Shown: positions 38,370-52,551, counted from the first letter of the whole stretch. The stretch: DNA of 62,971 bases, filler included, from Reticulomyxa filosa (GCA_000512085.1; 24 parts of 24 records of this genome joined end to end with filler, not necessarily neighbours in it); one strand, 5' to 3'. A program made the numbers and translations. Notes: generated from the sequence alone by a model not told the origin.

Positions 38370-38400
38370 GTTATTGTTGTTGTTATCATTAGTATTGTTA
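37755..38400 (-). CDS. Hypothetical protein, 3' partial
   Basis: ORF of more than 160 aa running into the contig edge, with an upstream (AAT)n tract. Confidence 0.45.
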
Positions 38401-38815
38401 GTTATTTGGAATAGAGAGAGCTCTGACAACATATTCAATATCACTTATTGTCGGCCTATTTTGACACTTCTCCCACTTACTCGCAAAAATGAAGATGCAA
38501 AAACTGGATCATTTTTAGAAGAATTGCTCATAACGATTTTGATATTGAATAGGGCACTTTTAAAAAAAAAATTGCAAGAACAAGCCCAATTCACATTTTT
38601 GCAAAGTACTAGACAAAAATAAAATTAATTATGTGCTTTATTTTGACCACACTAGTTTAGATAACCGTTAAAAGATCTTTCTCTTCTTCAGTTTAATCAT
38701 CTGTAAGAAAAAAAATAAAATTGATTTGATATTTAATGAGTAATTTATGAGCGTAGAAACTTAGAAAAATATGTGTTGATGATTAGAGAAAAATTCATGT
38801 GGTTAGTGATTGAAA

Positions 38816-40939
38816 ATGTTTGTTGAACAAAATTTCAACAGTAAAATCGCTGAAGAGATTAGAAAGGATCGCTTACGAAGTACCTTCCAAGTTTCATATG
38901 GTATTCCAACTCGGGATAATATACCCGATAAAGAATACACCGAGTTTTGTGACAAAGTTGTAACAGTACAACACAACCAGCATTTACCTTATGAGCGTAA
39001 CATCAACTTTCACGAAAAACAAGTACACCCCTTGAAGATTTTGAACAATACAGGCATGGATGTCCTCATTGTTGTTTTTGCTTATTTCTCTTTTAAAAAG
39101 TTTTGAATTTTCAACAAACACGTTTGCATACATGTATCTATGTGGCTGAAGAACAAGCACAAGTGCAAGAAGCGTGTTCTTTTCCTCCCGAACTTCCACC
39201 AACAACATCGGCTTCTCCAAATGTAATTTAATTTGTGCAATTTGTTCTTTTCCCGTTTTTTTTTTTTTTTTTGGATATCAATTATCAACCGTAAAAACAC
39301 AGAACCAAAGCAGATACAAAAATGCAGAGCAACAACTACTGCAAGAAGGATATTCTAGTCCCGATGCTCCCATCAAAAAAACTCGAACGCAGTTATTGTC
39401 CGAGCGCAAAAGAATTGCTTCACAGCAGTGTCGTGAGTCGTTAGATCAATATCATTTGCACCTTGCACAATGTGATTCACACGCTGAATTGCAACAAAAA
39501 GTTTGTTTTTGTTGATACACAATGTGGCATACATTTCGAGAGTGAAACAAAAAAATAAAAAGATTCTAGTACATACGCAACATTTAGGAAAGCGAAGGGC
39601 GAACATCAGAGATGAAAGTTGATCCAAAGACTCCAAAATATACCCCAAGGTCTGATATGTTGAGAAAACGCAAATGTGAAGATTCGATACTGCTTGAAAA
39701 AGTACATCATGAAGCAAGCAAAAAAAATTTCAAGCTGTCCGTCTTTCAACAATCAGTTTTGGAGCAGTACACGTTTTCCTTTTTTTAACAGAAGAGTAGA
39801 ACGAATACAATTAGAGTAAAAGAACTGCGTGATACAATTGCACAGGATGAACAACAAACATGTGCAGCTGAATCCAGTCCTTGCAAATTAAAACGCACAT
39901 TCCACGATATTATAGAGGAGAGACAAAACGAAAACAAAGAATGGTGCCATTATTGGGAAAAACGTGCAAATTGTTTTAACCCAGTTTGTAAGAATTTGTT
40001 TTTTTTTTTTCATTTTTTGACAAATCAAAAAAAAAATAAAAAAAAATTAGAAAGTAATGGAAAAAGAATTTTGGAAAGAGTATTATTGTAAACATCGCGA
40101 TACGGAAAAAGACGTACGTGAGCGCTCAAATCAAGTGTATAACTATTCGAAACTGACCTTAAAACCAATTAAACAGTGTCCAAATCCATTTGAACCATTT
40201 CAGGTATGTACACAGACGCAATTCAATTACGTATAATGTGTATCACCAAGCATAAAATATTTTTGTGATCGCTTAGGACAATCTCAAAGCAATTGACACT
40301 AATGTTTTGACTAAACGTGAAGCAAAATCAGAACCTCAGAGCCATTTGTTACCGACCAAGGTTACAAGAAAAATACTTTTCCTTTTTGGAATATCGCTTG
40401 CATTTTTAAAGATAGAAAACACACAAACTATTGACATTAGATGACATTAAGAGAGTTTTGTGAGCGAGTCAACTTGTCCCCATTTGATGTAGTCGTACTG
40501 AATAGTAGAAACGGAAGATGTGCATTGGACAAGATAGACACGACAAAAGTTGCACCAGAGAAACCCAAACCTTTGTCAGTAGATGACAATCAGCCAATGT
40601 TTAGCAGCTTTTCACCAGATATGAAGTTTCATGAACCAAAGGATAATACAAAGCGGTATGTCATTTTGTTGATGTAAAAACACATTAAAAAGACAAAAAA
40701 AAATAAAACAACTAAGTCACAAACGCAGTCGTGCAAGATTCAACATCTTTGAAGAAATACAACAAAATAAACAAATTTGCAATCAACCTAATAATTGTCA
40801 GCAATCCACAAATCTACCGAAAGGCCATGACTCAATTGTATCACATTACCTCACCTTCACACGACGTGACGTAGCAATGAATTTACTCAAAACACTAAAC
40901 GAGCAAAAAAACGCCAAAATACTTACAAGTGGTGTATAA
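38816..40939 (+). CDS. Multi-exon hypothetical protein with many short GT-AG introns
   Basis: Successive coding blocks separated by short introns; stop TAA at 40937-40939. Confidence 0.5.
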
Positions 40940-41353
40940 AAGTATACACCTATCTCACTCGACTTTTTTTACAAACAAAACCTTAAAAACACTGTTTTGT
41001 GTTCCTAAACTTATTATCTTTCAAATTGCCAAATATTGTTGTGAGATAATCCTGATAACCGCAAACCCATCCGCAACTTAAAATTTTTTTGGATGAGTAA
41101 GAAAACTCACATTTTTTGAAACAAAGAAAAAAAAAAGGAGAACGTACTTCTAAAAAATACAATTATGATTTGACCGAGAAAAATTGTAGTTAATGAGTTT
41201 CCAGAACAAAAGTTAGATTTCTAAAGAGGCAAACAGCACTTAAGGGAGATAAAAAAGCAAGAAAACAAGAACAGTCCGGGGATTTACGACGAATCACCCA
41301 AAGAAAAAAAATTTGATCAAACTATTTGAAAGACACTTATTTGCAATTGTTCC

Positions 41354-41797
41354 TCAGCTCTTACTATGTTCAAGAGTGGCTTGGTATTTGTTGACGGACT
41401 TCGCTCCTTCTGATTTGGCATGTTTTGCCAACTCCCCTGGCAACACAAGCTGTGTTGCCGTTGCGATTTCGCGTTCAGCTAAAGTCTGCTTTTTGGTATA
41501 ATGACATAATTTTGAGGCTTCTTCACAAATTCGCTCAAATACATCAGTGACAAACGAGTTCAAAACATCCATCGCTTTTTTGCTCACTCCAACGTCAGGA
41601 TGAACTTGTTTCAATACGCGATAAATGTATAAATTGTATGTTTCTTTCTTTTTTGAGCTTCCTCGCCCTAAGCCAGCCACGGGAGAACTACTTCGTTTTT
41701 CTCGTCTCTTTTTGCCTGCCTTTCCTGTTCCGAGTCTGTTAGAAGCATTTTCCTTTGAGGAGTGATCTTTGGTTTCGTCATTTTCTCTTCGAGACAT
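41354..41797 (-). CDS. H2B: Histone H2B, divergent variant (147 aa)
   Basis: [59 protein letters not shown]. Confidence 0.95.
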   Translation of the reverse strand: MSRRENDETKDHSSKENASNRLGTGKAGKKRREKRSSSPVAGLGRGSSKKKETYNLYIYRVLKQVHPDVGVSKKAMDVLNSFVTDVFERICEEASKLCHYTKKQTLAEREIATATQLVLPGELAKHAKSEGAKSVNKYQATLEHSKS

Positions 41798-42189
41798 GAT
41801 TACTTGTAAAACGTTAGCAATATCACACAATTTTAAATTTCAAACAACAAACAATTACTTAAAAGTGTCCCGCGAACGTCCCGTCATTTTTTTGTTTTGT
41901 GCTACTTCAAAAAAGTAGTATCTTAACAAGCTTTCAATTTAAGTTACTTTTTTGAAGTGGCTGAATAGTGAGTCTTTGATTAGATACAGAACAATTTGAA
42001 AAATATTTAATGACTCTAAAACAAAATGGGCACTTGAGTGACAAGAAAGAGAGAAAAAAAAAATGACTCATGGCATTTTATTAGGGTACTTTAATTGGAA
42101 TTTACAAAAAAAAAAAACCAAGAGAAAATAAAAAGCAGCAAAAGCAGAAGCGTATTGTGTAAATACCGACATATGCTCTTGAATTTGTG

Positions 42190-42752
42190 TTACAATTTGA
42201 GATTAGCCAGAGGGAAAGAGTTGTTCGACAGATAGTCCTTGATGTTTGACAGGATTGACAACGTTAGTCCTTTTATATTCAAAATGCTGTCCATTTTCAA
42301 CAGTGACGGAAGTAGTATAGTCAGGCCCGACATTTTTGGCTTTCGAAGTAGTTTTGTTCAATTGTGCCAAAATTTCAGCTTTGTTGATGGTTACTGGTAC
42401 TGTTAATTGTGTAGAACAAATGTTTATTTTATTTTTTTATTTTAAGAATCAAAAGTTACCTGGTAGAGCACGACTGGCAAGCGACTTACGCTTTTCAGGA
42501 GGCTTGGTTTGGGCCAAGTCGAGCGCAGGCAATTTTCGTGAGGAATTATTGTCATTGGACACAGCAGCGGCGATGACTTCGTTGTTAATTTTTCTGTCTC
42601 CGTCACTGGCAGTTCTTTGTTTCTGAAACTTTGGGACGGGTGGAGGTTTGGTACGATTCAAAGTGTCTTGTTTGTTCTCAGCCGTGTGGGGTAAGGCAAA
42701 CGCCGGGAGAGGGGCTTGTTGCGTCTGTTCGGCAGGCGCTTGAGTTTTCGCA
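42190..42752 (-). CDS. Pro-rich hypothetical protein, last two exons
   Basis: Open frame from the contig edge, GT donor near 42460, terminal exon ending LANLKL*. Confidence 0.45.
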
Positions 42753-43289
42753 NNNNNNNNNNNNNNNNNNNNNNNNNNNNNNNNNNNNNNNNNNNNTTAA
42801 TTAATTAANNNNNNNNNNNNNNNNNNNNNNNNNNNNNNNNNNNNNNNNNNNNTTCACGCTCTAGTGAATTAATTATTGTTCTTTAGGACTTATAAATACC
42901 GAACGATTTCTTTTACCCGAAGTAAATTTGATGTTTGTTTCATTGTTTGTTTGAATTATATTTCATTTTCTACAATCTTCAAAGCATATATTAAAGTTTT
43001 TGCGAATGCAGCAGGTTGGATCAAAATCCGCTCTGTATTTCCTTTTTTGAATTGTGAGTTACTGGATCATTCCAAAAGATTTGGAGACTTTGTGATACCA
43101 TCGGTCTGATCAAATCTACGTTAATATTATGTTTTTGGTTAGTTTTTGTGTAATAAATACTTTTTTTACTTTGGTTTTGTTTTCCTAGGTTTTAATGATG
43201 AATGCGCGAAATGTGCAAGTGTTGTTTTATTTATTTATTTATTTTTTATTGATTACCTTGTAATTTTAGTACTGTATTCCTTGTGAGTG

Positions 43290-44270
43290 AGGTACTTTCC
43301 TTTTTCGTTTTGGAATTTCAATATTACAACTGTCTCGATTGGGAGATGATCTAAGTGAACATCCAATTCAACATCATCCGTCCTCTAATTACTAACAAAT
43401 GAAAGAATAGACGATGGTGCTTGATAACTTTCATGAACGTGCAGTCAAATGGCAATGTATTGATAATGTGTAATCAATTGGATACAATGAAATCAAAAAC
43501 ATTTCTTTTTTAGCGTGGAAGAATGTAATTGAATTGACAAAAAGGCAAAATATTGTAAAACAAGCACATCACTCAAACTTGAACAAAGTACTAAATAATA
43601 CAATACGTTACAAAAAAGTAACCAATAAATAACATTCAAGCATTGAAGCAATAATTTTATTTTAGTATTTATTTAGGTGAAAATAGAGAATGAATCCTTT
43701 TTATATCATTTTAAAATGATCTCAATTTAACCACAAAACTTTTTGATCATTGCTAAACTCTGTGCAGCTCAGAGAGAATCCAAGGGTCCCTTTGGAACCA
43801 CGCTCAGACTCTACGAGACGTCATATGTTTTGAAGGTTAAATATCAATCAAATTAAAATGAAAAAAATTCAACATTATCAATTTTTTTTTTTAATACTCT
43901 CACCCACATCGTCGATTTTATGATCTAACCATGCAGGATGATGTGCATTCTATATATTCAGTCATTTTCATAGCAGATTGTAATCCTTGCTTGAATGAAA
44001 TGATCACAATGCAGATTTCGATAGAAACTGCAGAATAATAACGGTTTCTTTTGATCAGGATGAAATTTCCTGATCATGGATCTGCCTGCATATTGGTATT
44101 CGCAATGTTAATTTCATCTCTGCATTAACGTCGGGTAATTGATTGCAATAAGGATTTTAATTTTTCTGGATAAAGTTGATAATTTTCCTCTTCAGCTTAT
44201 CTTTCAGCTTTCAGTCTCTGATGAACTAATTACGGTCCTTTAGACTTGCAAACAAATGGAGATATTTTTT
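43290..44270 (-). mobile_element. Decayed LINE AP-endonuclease remnants
   Basis: Minus-strand LLFCSFYRN, AHHPAWLDHKIDDVGESI and DVELDVHLDHLPI, matching the 53.7-54.0 kb LINE segments. Confidence 0.6.
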
Positions 44271-44823
44271 CTTTGATTTGGTTGAATTAGTGTTACTTTT
44301 TTTTAGAGATATTCTGTTGAATTTATAAAGAAAAACACACTGCAATACAATATACAACATTACAAAAATAAAAATTAAGTATCTTCAATNNNNNNNNNNN
44401 NNNNNNNNNNNNNNNNNNNNNNNNNNNNNNNNNTTAATTAATTAANNNNNNNNNNNNNNNNNNNNNNNNNNNNNNNNNNNNNNNNNNNNTTTCTTTGAAA
44501 AGAAGTGAGATAAAAAAATGATTCAACCAAAAATGTGTTACATGGGCTTCATTTTTTTGTTATTTTGCTTTTTTTCTGTATCGCACATGAAATAGAACTA
44601 CCCAGCCGTTTAATTTTTTTAAATTGGTCTAAATATTTTTTTTAGTTGCATATTCTGGAAAAGAAAAAATAAAAACACAAAAATTTTTAAAAGCAAAAAG
44701 ATAATACTTAAAAAAGAAATACTGCAAAAAAAAACGGTTTAATAAAATAAACTAAAAAAATTGTGTTCTGTCTGGCTATTCAAAGATTCTGAACAAACAA
44801 CACTTAAAAAAGCTTTGTGCAAC

Positions 44824-45810
44824 ATGTTTGATATCAATATCTGCAGCATTTCAACAATAACAAGTGAGAAAGGTCTTAGACTCGACGCAAATGACGTAAA
44901 CAATAGCAAAGTAGTAATTCTAAACGATAAAGGAAAACCCGAATCGGATGGAAATGAAATGCTGGGTCAGGAAATAAACAATCACTTGAGTGACTTAAAC
45001 GAAACAGCGATAATAAGTATACACAAGAGAAAATGCCAAAGTGTTTGATTACGACGCGTTTTTACGTGATTACAAAGGATTGATGGAAAATGGAGACTAC
45101 GAAAGATGCGAAAAGTTGTGCTTGGAAGCAATCCACGTGAACCAATCGAGCACAAAATTCGCTCAAAGCTTTACAATTGTTTGGTGTATCTATATGAGAA
45201 CGGGATGGAACAAAAGTCATTTGATGACGTTTTTGATCGATATGTCCTGGCATTACAGCTTGATGACAGTAATGCCAATGCTCATTTCAATGTTGCCAAT
45301 TTTTTGATCAGCCAAGGAACGAGGCACTTGACACGCGAACTGCAGTTGTTTTCGACATGTGACAACTCAAATGTGCAATCTGGTGGACAAGTTCAAAATC
45401 CCCTTTGTCTCTGTCTTTTTTTTTCTTATTACAAATAACATTTTTTTGTTTTTTGATTGAGTGACAAAAAAAAATGAAATTGCTATTGTGACTTCCAGAT
45501 AAAAGTTAGCGATGAGTTGTGGATGGACTTAGACAAATATCAAGTGGAAATGGATGAAAATGTTCACTACTCAACGTTGCGGTCTATGCATAAACATGAC
45601 GAATACTCGCCCAAGCCAATAAACACTGCAACGACAGCACGACACTTGCCCTGTGTGGTATCATGTCCGACAGAACAACTACCATTGCCTCAACAACAGC
45701 AAATCAGATATAACAATTACTCAGTCTTCATCTACTTGTGGATGCTCATTCTACTGTTGGCAACCTTACTTGCCGTTATTGGTGTTGGCATGTTTGCTGG
45801 TGCGTTAATT
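44824..45810 (+). CDS. TPR-like helical protein with C-terminal TM segment, frameshifted/partial
   Basis: YVLALQLDDSNANAHFNVANFL is TPR-like; terminal hydrophobic helix. Confidence 0.45.
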
Positions 45811-45910
45811 NNNNNNNNNNNNNNNNNNNNNNNNNNNNNNNNNNNNNNNNNNNNTTAATTAATTAANNNNNNNNNNNNNNNNNNNNNNNNNNNNNNNNNN
45901 NNNNNNNNNN

Positions 45911-45922
45911 GATAAATAATAA

Positions 45923-45975
<53 letters not shown>

Positions 45976-46980
45976 TAACAACAAACACAAGAAAATAGTA
46001 ACGATTGAAAGTGAAGCTCTGCCGAGCATACCGATCAAACAGATTCGCCATGGACATGGCATTATATATTCCGAACAAATCAACAGCGTCATTTTGTTCG
46101 GAGGATTTGATAGCCAAGCCAATGTCACCTCCTCCTGTCTAGTCGCCAATTTGCCTTTGACAAAGTATGATTCAATTAAAATAAAAACTTTTTTGTCCAT
46201 TAAAGAATTAAACCAATAAATATATACATATATATATATATATACTATATATATATATATGTATATATTTATTGATTTAATTACTTAGTTGATTTGTTTG
46301 TAAATGAATAAATAAATAGCAATGGACGGATAGACCAAAGTGAAAAGGGAGTGGATCTGGATAGTGTAAATAAGGACGGCAAGTTTTGGAAAGAAAACGA
46401 GATTCATAACATGCTGTCCAATGTGAGTGACGGCAGTGTATGTGCGAATGAGGGCAGCGGTGCGATCTATGTGAGTGGTGGGTTGAATGGCGATTTCCAT
46501 TCGACGAACAAATGCATGTATTTGGACCTTCACCGAAACGAGTGGTTTCAACTCCCTTCGATGAAATATCCTCGACATTTCCATTCCAGCGTGTGCTTGC
46601 AATCTGGAGTGCTTATCAACTTTGGTGGGTGGAATGGAGCCAGTCGACATTCCATTGAAATGCTCGATTTGAGGCAACAAAAGTGGAGTTGTCCCTCTTC
46701 GCTCTCCAAATTCCCGCATTCCAATTGTGCCATGTCTTGTGTGATCAAAGACCAAGAACTTCTTGTGTCGGGGCATAAAGAGGGTCTGTTTTTGGAATGC
46801 AATGTCGTCGAGTCCTTTGACCTTCGAATGCTCGAGTGGAAAACAGTGGCTACCTTTCATGGGTGTCCAGGTCACGTCCTTCGTGGCACGTCCACGACCG
46901 ATCTTCACATTCAACCCCTTCAAAGACCTACGCCTTTGTTTCGGTTTCACCAAGGCTTGAGATTTTTTACCTTTCAATGA
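45911..46980 (+). CDS. Kelch-repeat protein, 5' partial
   Basis: VILFGGFD, IYVSGGLNG..WFQLPSMKYPRHFHSSV, LINFGGWNG; intron at about 46165-46319. Confidence 0.82.
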
Positions 46981-47738
46981 TTTAGCACTAACCACTCCTT
47001 CTTTTTTTTTTTTTTGTCCTTCGTTTTATTTTATCTTTTTCTTGTAATGATCCGACTTTTTCATGCTTGTGGGATCCTGTCTTTATTTCAAATGAATTCT
47101 TCGCAATCCTCCAGCTCTTTTTTTTTTAATTAAAAAAAAATATTTCACAGGTTCCCTTCTGCCTCCACTCTTTTTTTTTTTAAAAAAAAAAGAATGATTT
47201 GAACAGTCGATGCATTATTTATTCTGTCGTGGCTCTACTCTGGTTCTTTTCTTTTGTTATGTGGTCGCAAGGATATTCCAATTTGCAAACTCTTTTTTTT
47301 TTTTTAGCTGTCGTGTCAAGTTACACTTCTTCTTCAACATTTTAGCACGTACTCTTTCATATCGTCGTCCTTTTTAAGTAGTTATTGGAGAAACTCAATA
47401 GCTTTTCCTTTTTTTCTTTTTTTTTTTGGAAAAAAATATTGACTTTTTTTTTTTTTGCAGTTTTTTCTTTTTGATAATGAAACAGTCTTTAAAGCAAACA
47501 CATATAATTGTGTAAATATAAGAACAAAAAAAAAATGGAGTCATTAAACATTTAAAAAATGCAAGGAACTGAACAGTGATTAAGTGCAGTAAAAGTTTTT
47601 TCACTTGGGCATTGCAATACTTTTTTTTTTTTTTTTTTTTTGGAAAGAAACCATTTGCAATAATAAGGATGCATTGGAAGGAGGGAGAGAAGAAAAAAAA
47701 ACTAGTTAAATTACATAAAGTGAATTGAAGTTTGCGCT

Positions 47739-49223
47739 TTATTGGACGTCATTAAGAGCGGTGGTGTTTGTACCAACAAGTATGGACGCTGTAATGAGTG
47801 GAGTAGCGGCATTGTCGCTATTGGTTCCAGCACCGGAGTGAGTGGTGTTGGTCGTGGTTGTTTGGTTGTTTAAACTTGTGCAATGATCGCGAACGACCGA
47901 GGATGAAGTGGGAAGGCAGGGTTGGGAGAAGGAGTGCACGTGAACAGTAAGATCAGCAGTTTGAGTGGTTGGAACACTCGGAGTTTGTGACAGTAAAGAA
48001 GATGGTAAGGCAACAGAGTGAGTGCTTTGTGCCGTAGCTGTAGAAGGATTTAGAGGCCAAGACCCAAGCACGCTCAATCCTTGGTTATACGTAAGAGGTG
48101 CCATGACAGGTATCGGTTGGCTAACTGGATCAGTCGAACTCAAGTATTCCATCAACGTATTGCATCCCAGTTGAAATGCCTCCAAACTACAAGCACCTGT
48201 GTTGCCTACGTTCAACGTGCCGAGCATGCGAGAGCTATTTGCGTCCATTGCTGCAAACGTATTCTGAGAAGACTGTGGAGGAGGGGACATTCCAGAGTAT
48301 TGCTGCTGTTGCATGTTCACAATATTATTATACAAATTATTTGAACTAGTCGATGGATGCAACCAATTCAGAGCTGTTGATGCGTTGAGATTTGCAAAAT
48401 AAGGTATTCCAAGTTCGGAGCCAATTGCATGTGCATTTGCAGCGTTTGCAGTGATGTTTGCATTTGCGTGCACAGACGCAGGTGCAGGAATGGCCGTGCT
48501 CATGTCCTGCATGGTAGACCATACGAGACCACAAGAGGCGGTGGTAGGAATAATGGAGCCAAGAATTGGAGGCGATGGAGACGGAGTAAACATTGAAAAC
48601 TGCGATATCTCTTCAAATCCAGGAGTGCCTGTCGGTGAGGTAAATCCTTGATTTATCTCCGCAAAACTGTTGTTCTTGAACAAATTTCGAACGTCCAAGT
48701 GTCCATCTCCACCACTATTATTGGCCTTTGCTTTTTGCACTAAAAGACTGTTGTTATTGTTGCTATTGGCTGCAATGGGTTGCAAGCTTTGTGCGGTCGC
48801 CAGCAGCTGTACCAAAGTTTCTGGAGTCACTCCACGAAAAGGAGAGCCACTCAATGTCGATTGTAGAGCTCCTTTCTCTTGACCTCCTGAAGCCATTGCC
48901 ACATTTGGAAACGTCGTTGCAATATCATTGCTTCCCACCGTCGCTGTTGTCGTTGGCATCCGCAAAGGCACTTTTGCAGCTGCAACACTCAAAAATTGAC
49001 CGACTGTCGTGTCATTATTGTTGACGTCCCATTTCTCATTTTTCTGATCACCATTTACTCGAAATGCAACTGAGCCTTTGTTCTCATTGGAATTGATAAT
49101 GGCCACTTCTGCCTTTCTGTTTAGTATTTTCTTGTCCATACCTTCAGTCGACGTCGATACATTGCAAAATGCAGTATTTGCTTGTCTTTGCAAAGTATCG
49201 TCATTGTCCATTAGTACATTCAC
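47739..49223 (-). CDS. Low-complexity Ser/Thr/Asn/Ala-rich protein, terminal exon
   Basis: 494-aa uninterrupted ORF. Confidence 0.7.
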   Translation of the reverse strand: MNVLMDNDDTLQRQANTAFCNVSTSTEGMDKKILNRKAEVAIINSNENKGSVAFRVNGDQKNEKWDVNNNDTTVGQFLSVAAAKVPLRMPTTTATVGSNDIATTFPNVAMASGGQEKGALQSTLSGSPFRGVTPETLVQLLATAQSLQPIAANSNNNNSLLVQKAKANNSGGDGHLDVRNLFKNNSFAEINQGFTSPTGTPGFEEISQFSMFTPSPSPPILGSIIPTTASCGLVWSTMQDMSTAIPAPASVHANANITANAANAHAIGSELGIPYFANLNASTALNWLHPSTSSNNLYNNIVNMQQQQYSGMSPPPQSSQNTFAAMDANSSRMLGTLNVGNTGACSLEAFQLGCNTLMEYLSSTDPVSQPIPVMAPLTYNQGLSVLGSWPLNPSTATAQSTHSVALPSSLLSQTPSVPTTQTADLTVHVHSFSQPCLPTSSSVVRDHCTSLNNQTTTTNTTHSGAGTNSDNAATPLITASILVGTNTTALNDVQ

Positions 49224-49334
49224 TCTATCTTGTGCATTGCGGTCAACATTATTGTTTCCCTATCCACAATGTTCCAATATTTTGTAGTCAATAATATTAA
49301 CAGCAAATAATTTTTTTTTTTTCTTTTGGAGTGA

Positions 49335-49372
<38 letters not shown>

Positions 49373-49472
49373 NNNNNNNNNNNNNNNNNNNNNNNNNNNN
49401 NNNNNNNNNNNNNNNNTTAATTAATTAANNNNNNNNNNNNNNNNNNNNNNNNNNNNNNNNNNNNNNNNNNNN

Positions 49473-49660
49473 ATAATACAATTCGTTTTTGGGATATTCG
49501 ATCAAATAAAAATCAATTGTATATGATCAAAGGAGATAATGGAATATTGTGTCTTAAATTTATTGCATTAAAAAAGAAAGATAATACAAAGAATGTTACA
49601 TATGATTTGAATTTGTGTTATGGTTCTTACAAAGGTCTCATTCGTATTTGGGGATAATTT
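49473..49660 (+). pseudogene. WD40-repeat gene 3' remnant
   Basis: NTIRFWDIRSNKNQLYMIKGDNGILCLKF ... IRIWG*. Confidence 0.65.
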
Positions 49661-49989
49661 ATTTTTTTGTCGAATAAGAAATGAAAGTGTTTTTTTTGTT
49701 TGAAAGGCTTGACTAAAAGAAAGGTAAATTGATATTAAATTTGTTTGACTTGATTGAGTGCAAGTATTGAAGATGTGTTTTATCTTACTTTGTTGTTAAA
49801 AATTGAAAATTTGCATTCAATGTTTTTTAGTTGAAAAGCATGATAAATAAGACTTGTATCAAATATCAAAATAAATTGCAAGATACTTCAAGTGTTGTGT
49901 TTTTTTTATAATCAAACACGATTGTCTTTTTAGTAATTCATGATAGAATTCTGTTTTGTTTCGGAAAAACATAGAATATTATTTAAAAA

Positions 49990-51600
49990 CTTGAAATATT
50001 GTTGCCATTGCGTTTTTTTGAAGAATTCAGTGATAGATATAAAAAAGGCAAACCAATATTGAATCAATTTAGATGGTGTATCAAGCAAAGAATAAAGTCG
50101 GAGGGAACAAAAACAATAGTTCAAATATCGATCAAGAATCACTCACGGCATTTTTGTATGTGTTCACCAAATATCCTGAGAATAAATTCAGAAGTAAAAC
50201 AAATTTGCACTGACATACGGATGACGAACCAGACAAAGGATACGTTACAATTTTGGCAGGCATTACCAAAAGGACAAAAAAAGCATATGCACCAGATATA
50301 TTGAATGACTCTCCAAATACTTTATTGGAGGAACTTGCCGATCTGGACAAATTCATCGAGCATCCAGAAGAAGTGTTTCGTCCCTTCGCTTCTAAAGTCT
50401 CCAATTCTGCAGTTCATGCACAAGTGCAAGAACACAAAGAAAATATTGAGAATGCTCTTCAATGTGGCGGTTACCAACTTACTAAGACAAGTTGGACAAA
50501 CTCAAAAAGTTGAATTTGATTTTGGAAAATGCAGATATTGAAAACAAGTACAATGATTGTGTAATAAAGTTGACCGAAGAATGGAATAAAAAATGTAAAC
50601 GTGCCCAATTGAAGTTTAACACAAGTATCATTTCTTCACGTTCAATTTGCATAGATGATGTTTTGGCTTATCAAAATGTAATCCACGAAGTTACGTCTTT
50701 AAAAGAGTTGTAAGCTTATTTGCCTAAAGCAATTTGTGCTATTCTTTGAACCAAAATTTTAAAAAACAAATCGGTGATTTAGTAGCATTATTGAAGTCCA
50801 AATGGAAAAGGATATGATTGCCTTACAGCATCTTTGGACAAAGTCGCACAAGTACAGAAATGCTTCTATGACTTTACTACTTCTTACACTAATGTTTATC
50901 AAAAGCTGCAAACAAGGTGTAAAATATGTCGATGAAGCAAAAGAGTTCGTTAAAAGGGATCAATTTGCAAAATTTCGAAAGGGAGTGGAGAAAATTGGAA
51001 CGATGGTGCCCCTTGAAGAACATTTACAGTCTTTCATTAATTCATTGAATAAGCCGAACACAGTATTGGACTACAATCGATTGTATGAGTTTGTGATGTG
51101 TGTGAGCCGATCAAAATGGATTGATCGGTATCAAGGAGGATGAGGAAGTGATATTTTGATATAATTAAAAAGAGCTTGACATCACATTCGCAAGAGCTGC
51201 AACAATTTAGTGAGGAATTGGAGTTGGACTTGGATCACCGTAATCAATTGGAAGAAGCACGCAAAGTTATTATGCATTTGGAAAAGTTACGTCGATTGGA
51301 AAAGATCATTCCAGAATTAGCACATCTTCATCAAGAGATTGTGTCAATTGGAACAGCATATTCGAGATACATTGGCTACCATTCATATGAATTTGCATTG
51401 AAAAAGAAGAGTGCGAATGAGCAAGAGGAGATTAAGCACAATCTAACCCAACTCAAACGATATGCAGATGACGTGCGTAGAGCCATTTCCTATTTGCACG
51501 AAATGGGATTCGAAAGTGTACAAGATATTGACCTCGAAATTAGTAATATAGAATAGAAATTGCAACATGCAAAAGCAAATTCAAACGTAAATGCAAATGC
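49990..51600 (+). pseudogene. Decayed large alpha-helical/coiled-coil gene
   Basis: Chain of same-strand coding-like ORFs broken by stops and frameshifts, with a MITE immediately downstream. Confidence 0.55.
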
Positions 51601-51605
51601 AAATA

Positions 51606-51842
51606 CAGTAGATTGCAAAAAAAAACTGCAATACCTAAATGGCACTATATGAAGAGAATCGATTTTCCCATGAAAAATAAAGATTTAAACCTAATTTTTT
51701 TTTTAAAAAATATCTACTAATCTTGTAGTTTTTAAATGTTAAATTGGTTTTATGATAAGTTTTTTCTAGGTTGATGAAAAATATAATTTTTTCAAATGAT
51801 TTTTAAAAATCATATTTTTGATCAACCTAGGAAAAACTTATC
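51606..51842. mobile_element. Tc1-derived MITE (left arm plus fold-back centre)
   Basis: TA|CAGTAGATTGCAAAA terminus; 51754-51842 is an imperfect palindrome centred near 51798. Confidence 0.75.
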
Positions 51843-52551
51843 NNNNNNNNNNNNNNNNNNNNNNNNNNNNNNNNNNNNNNNNNNNNTTAATTAATTAANN
51901 NNNNNNNNNNNNNNNNNNNNNNNNNNNNNNNNNNNNNNNNNNGCATGCTGCCCCCTGCGTCACTACTATGTTCACATGCTGGAGTCCTCTATATAATATT
52001 CATATATGCTGAAAATAACAATGGAGGAAGACAAGTGCCATTGCTTTTATTTATTCGCTGACATTTTCACACCGAAACGTAAACGCGTGTGGGCACAGAG
52101 GTTTCTTGTTCAAATTACAAATAAATAGAGGGAGGGAAAGAGGCTTCTTCCTTATTTTCTTTCGATATGCCGTTGCTAATGTGTTGGGTCTGCTTGTGAA
52201 TTTGTTGTTAATATTACTCTGGGGTTTGTGTTGTTTTAGTATTCTGCGCTTTTTTGGGTGTGGTGTCATTAACGAACAACTCTTTCTTCAAAAGATACAA
52301 ATTAACAACATTTTTACAATAAGAACAAGACAATCCTCTTTGGAAGAGACTCTCTTTCTCTTTAAAGCATTATCTAGCAAGACACAATTTGCGTTTTTAG
52401 TTTCTTTGAAATTTAAATTGTTTTGTGTATTGCAAAGCTTGAATGCAGGCACTAGAGGAGCAAAAAAAAAAAATAAATAAATTGAAACGCTGCCCTATTT
52501 GTAGAAAAACACACCAGAAGATAACAAACGCACTCAAGCATTTTTACAAAT

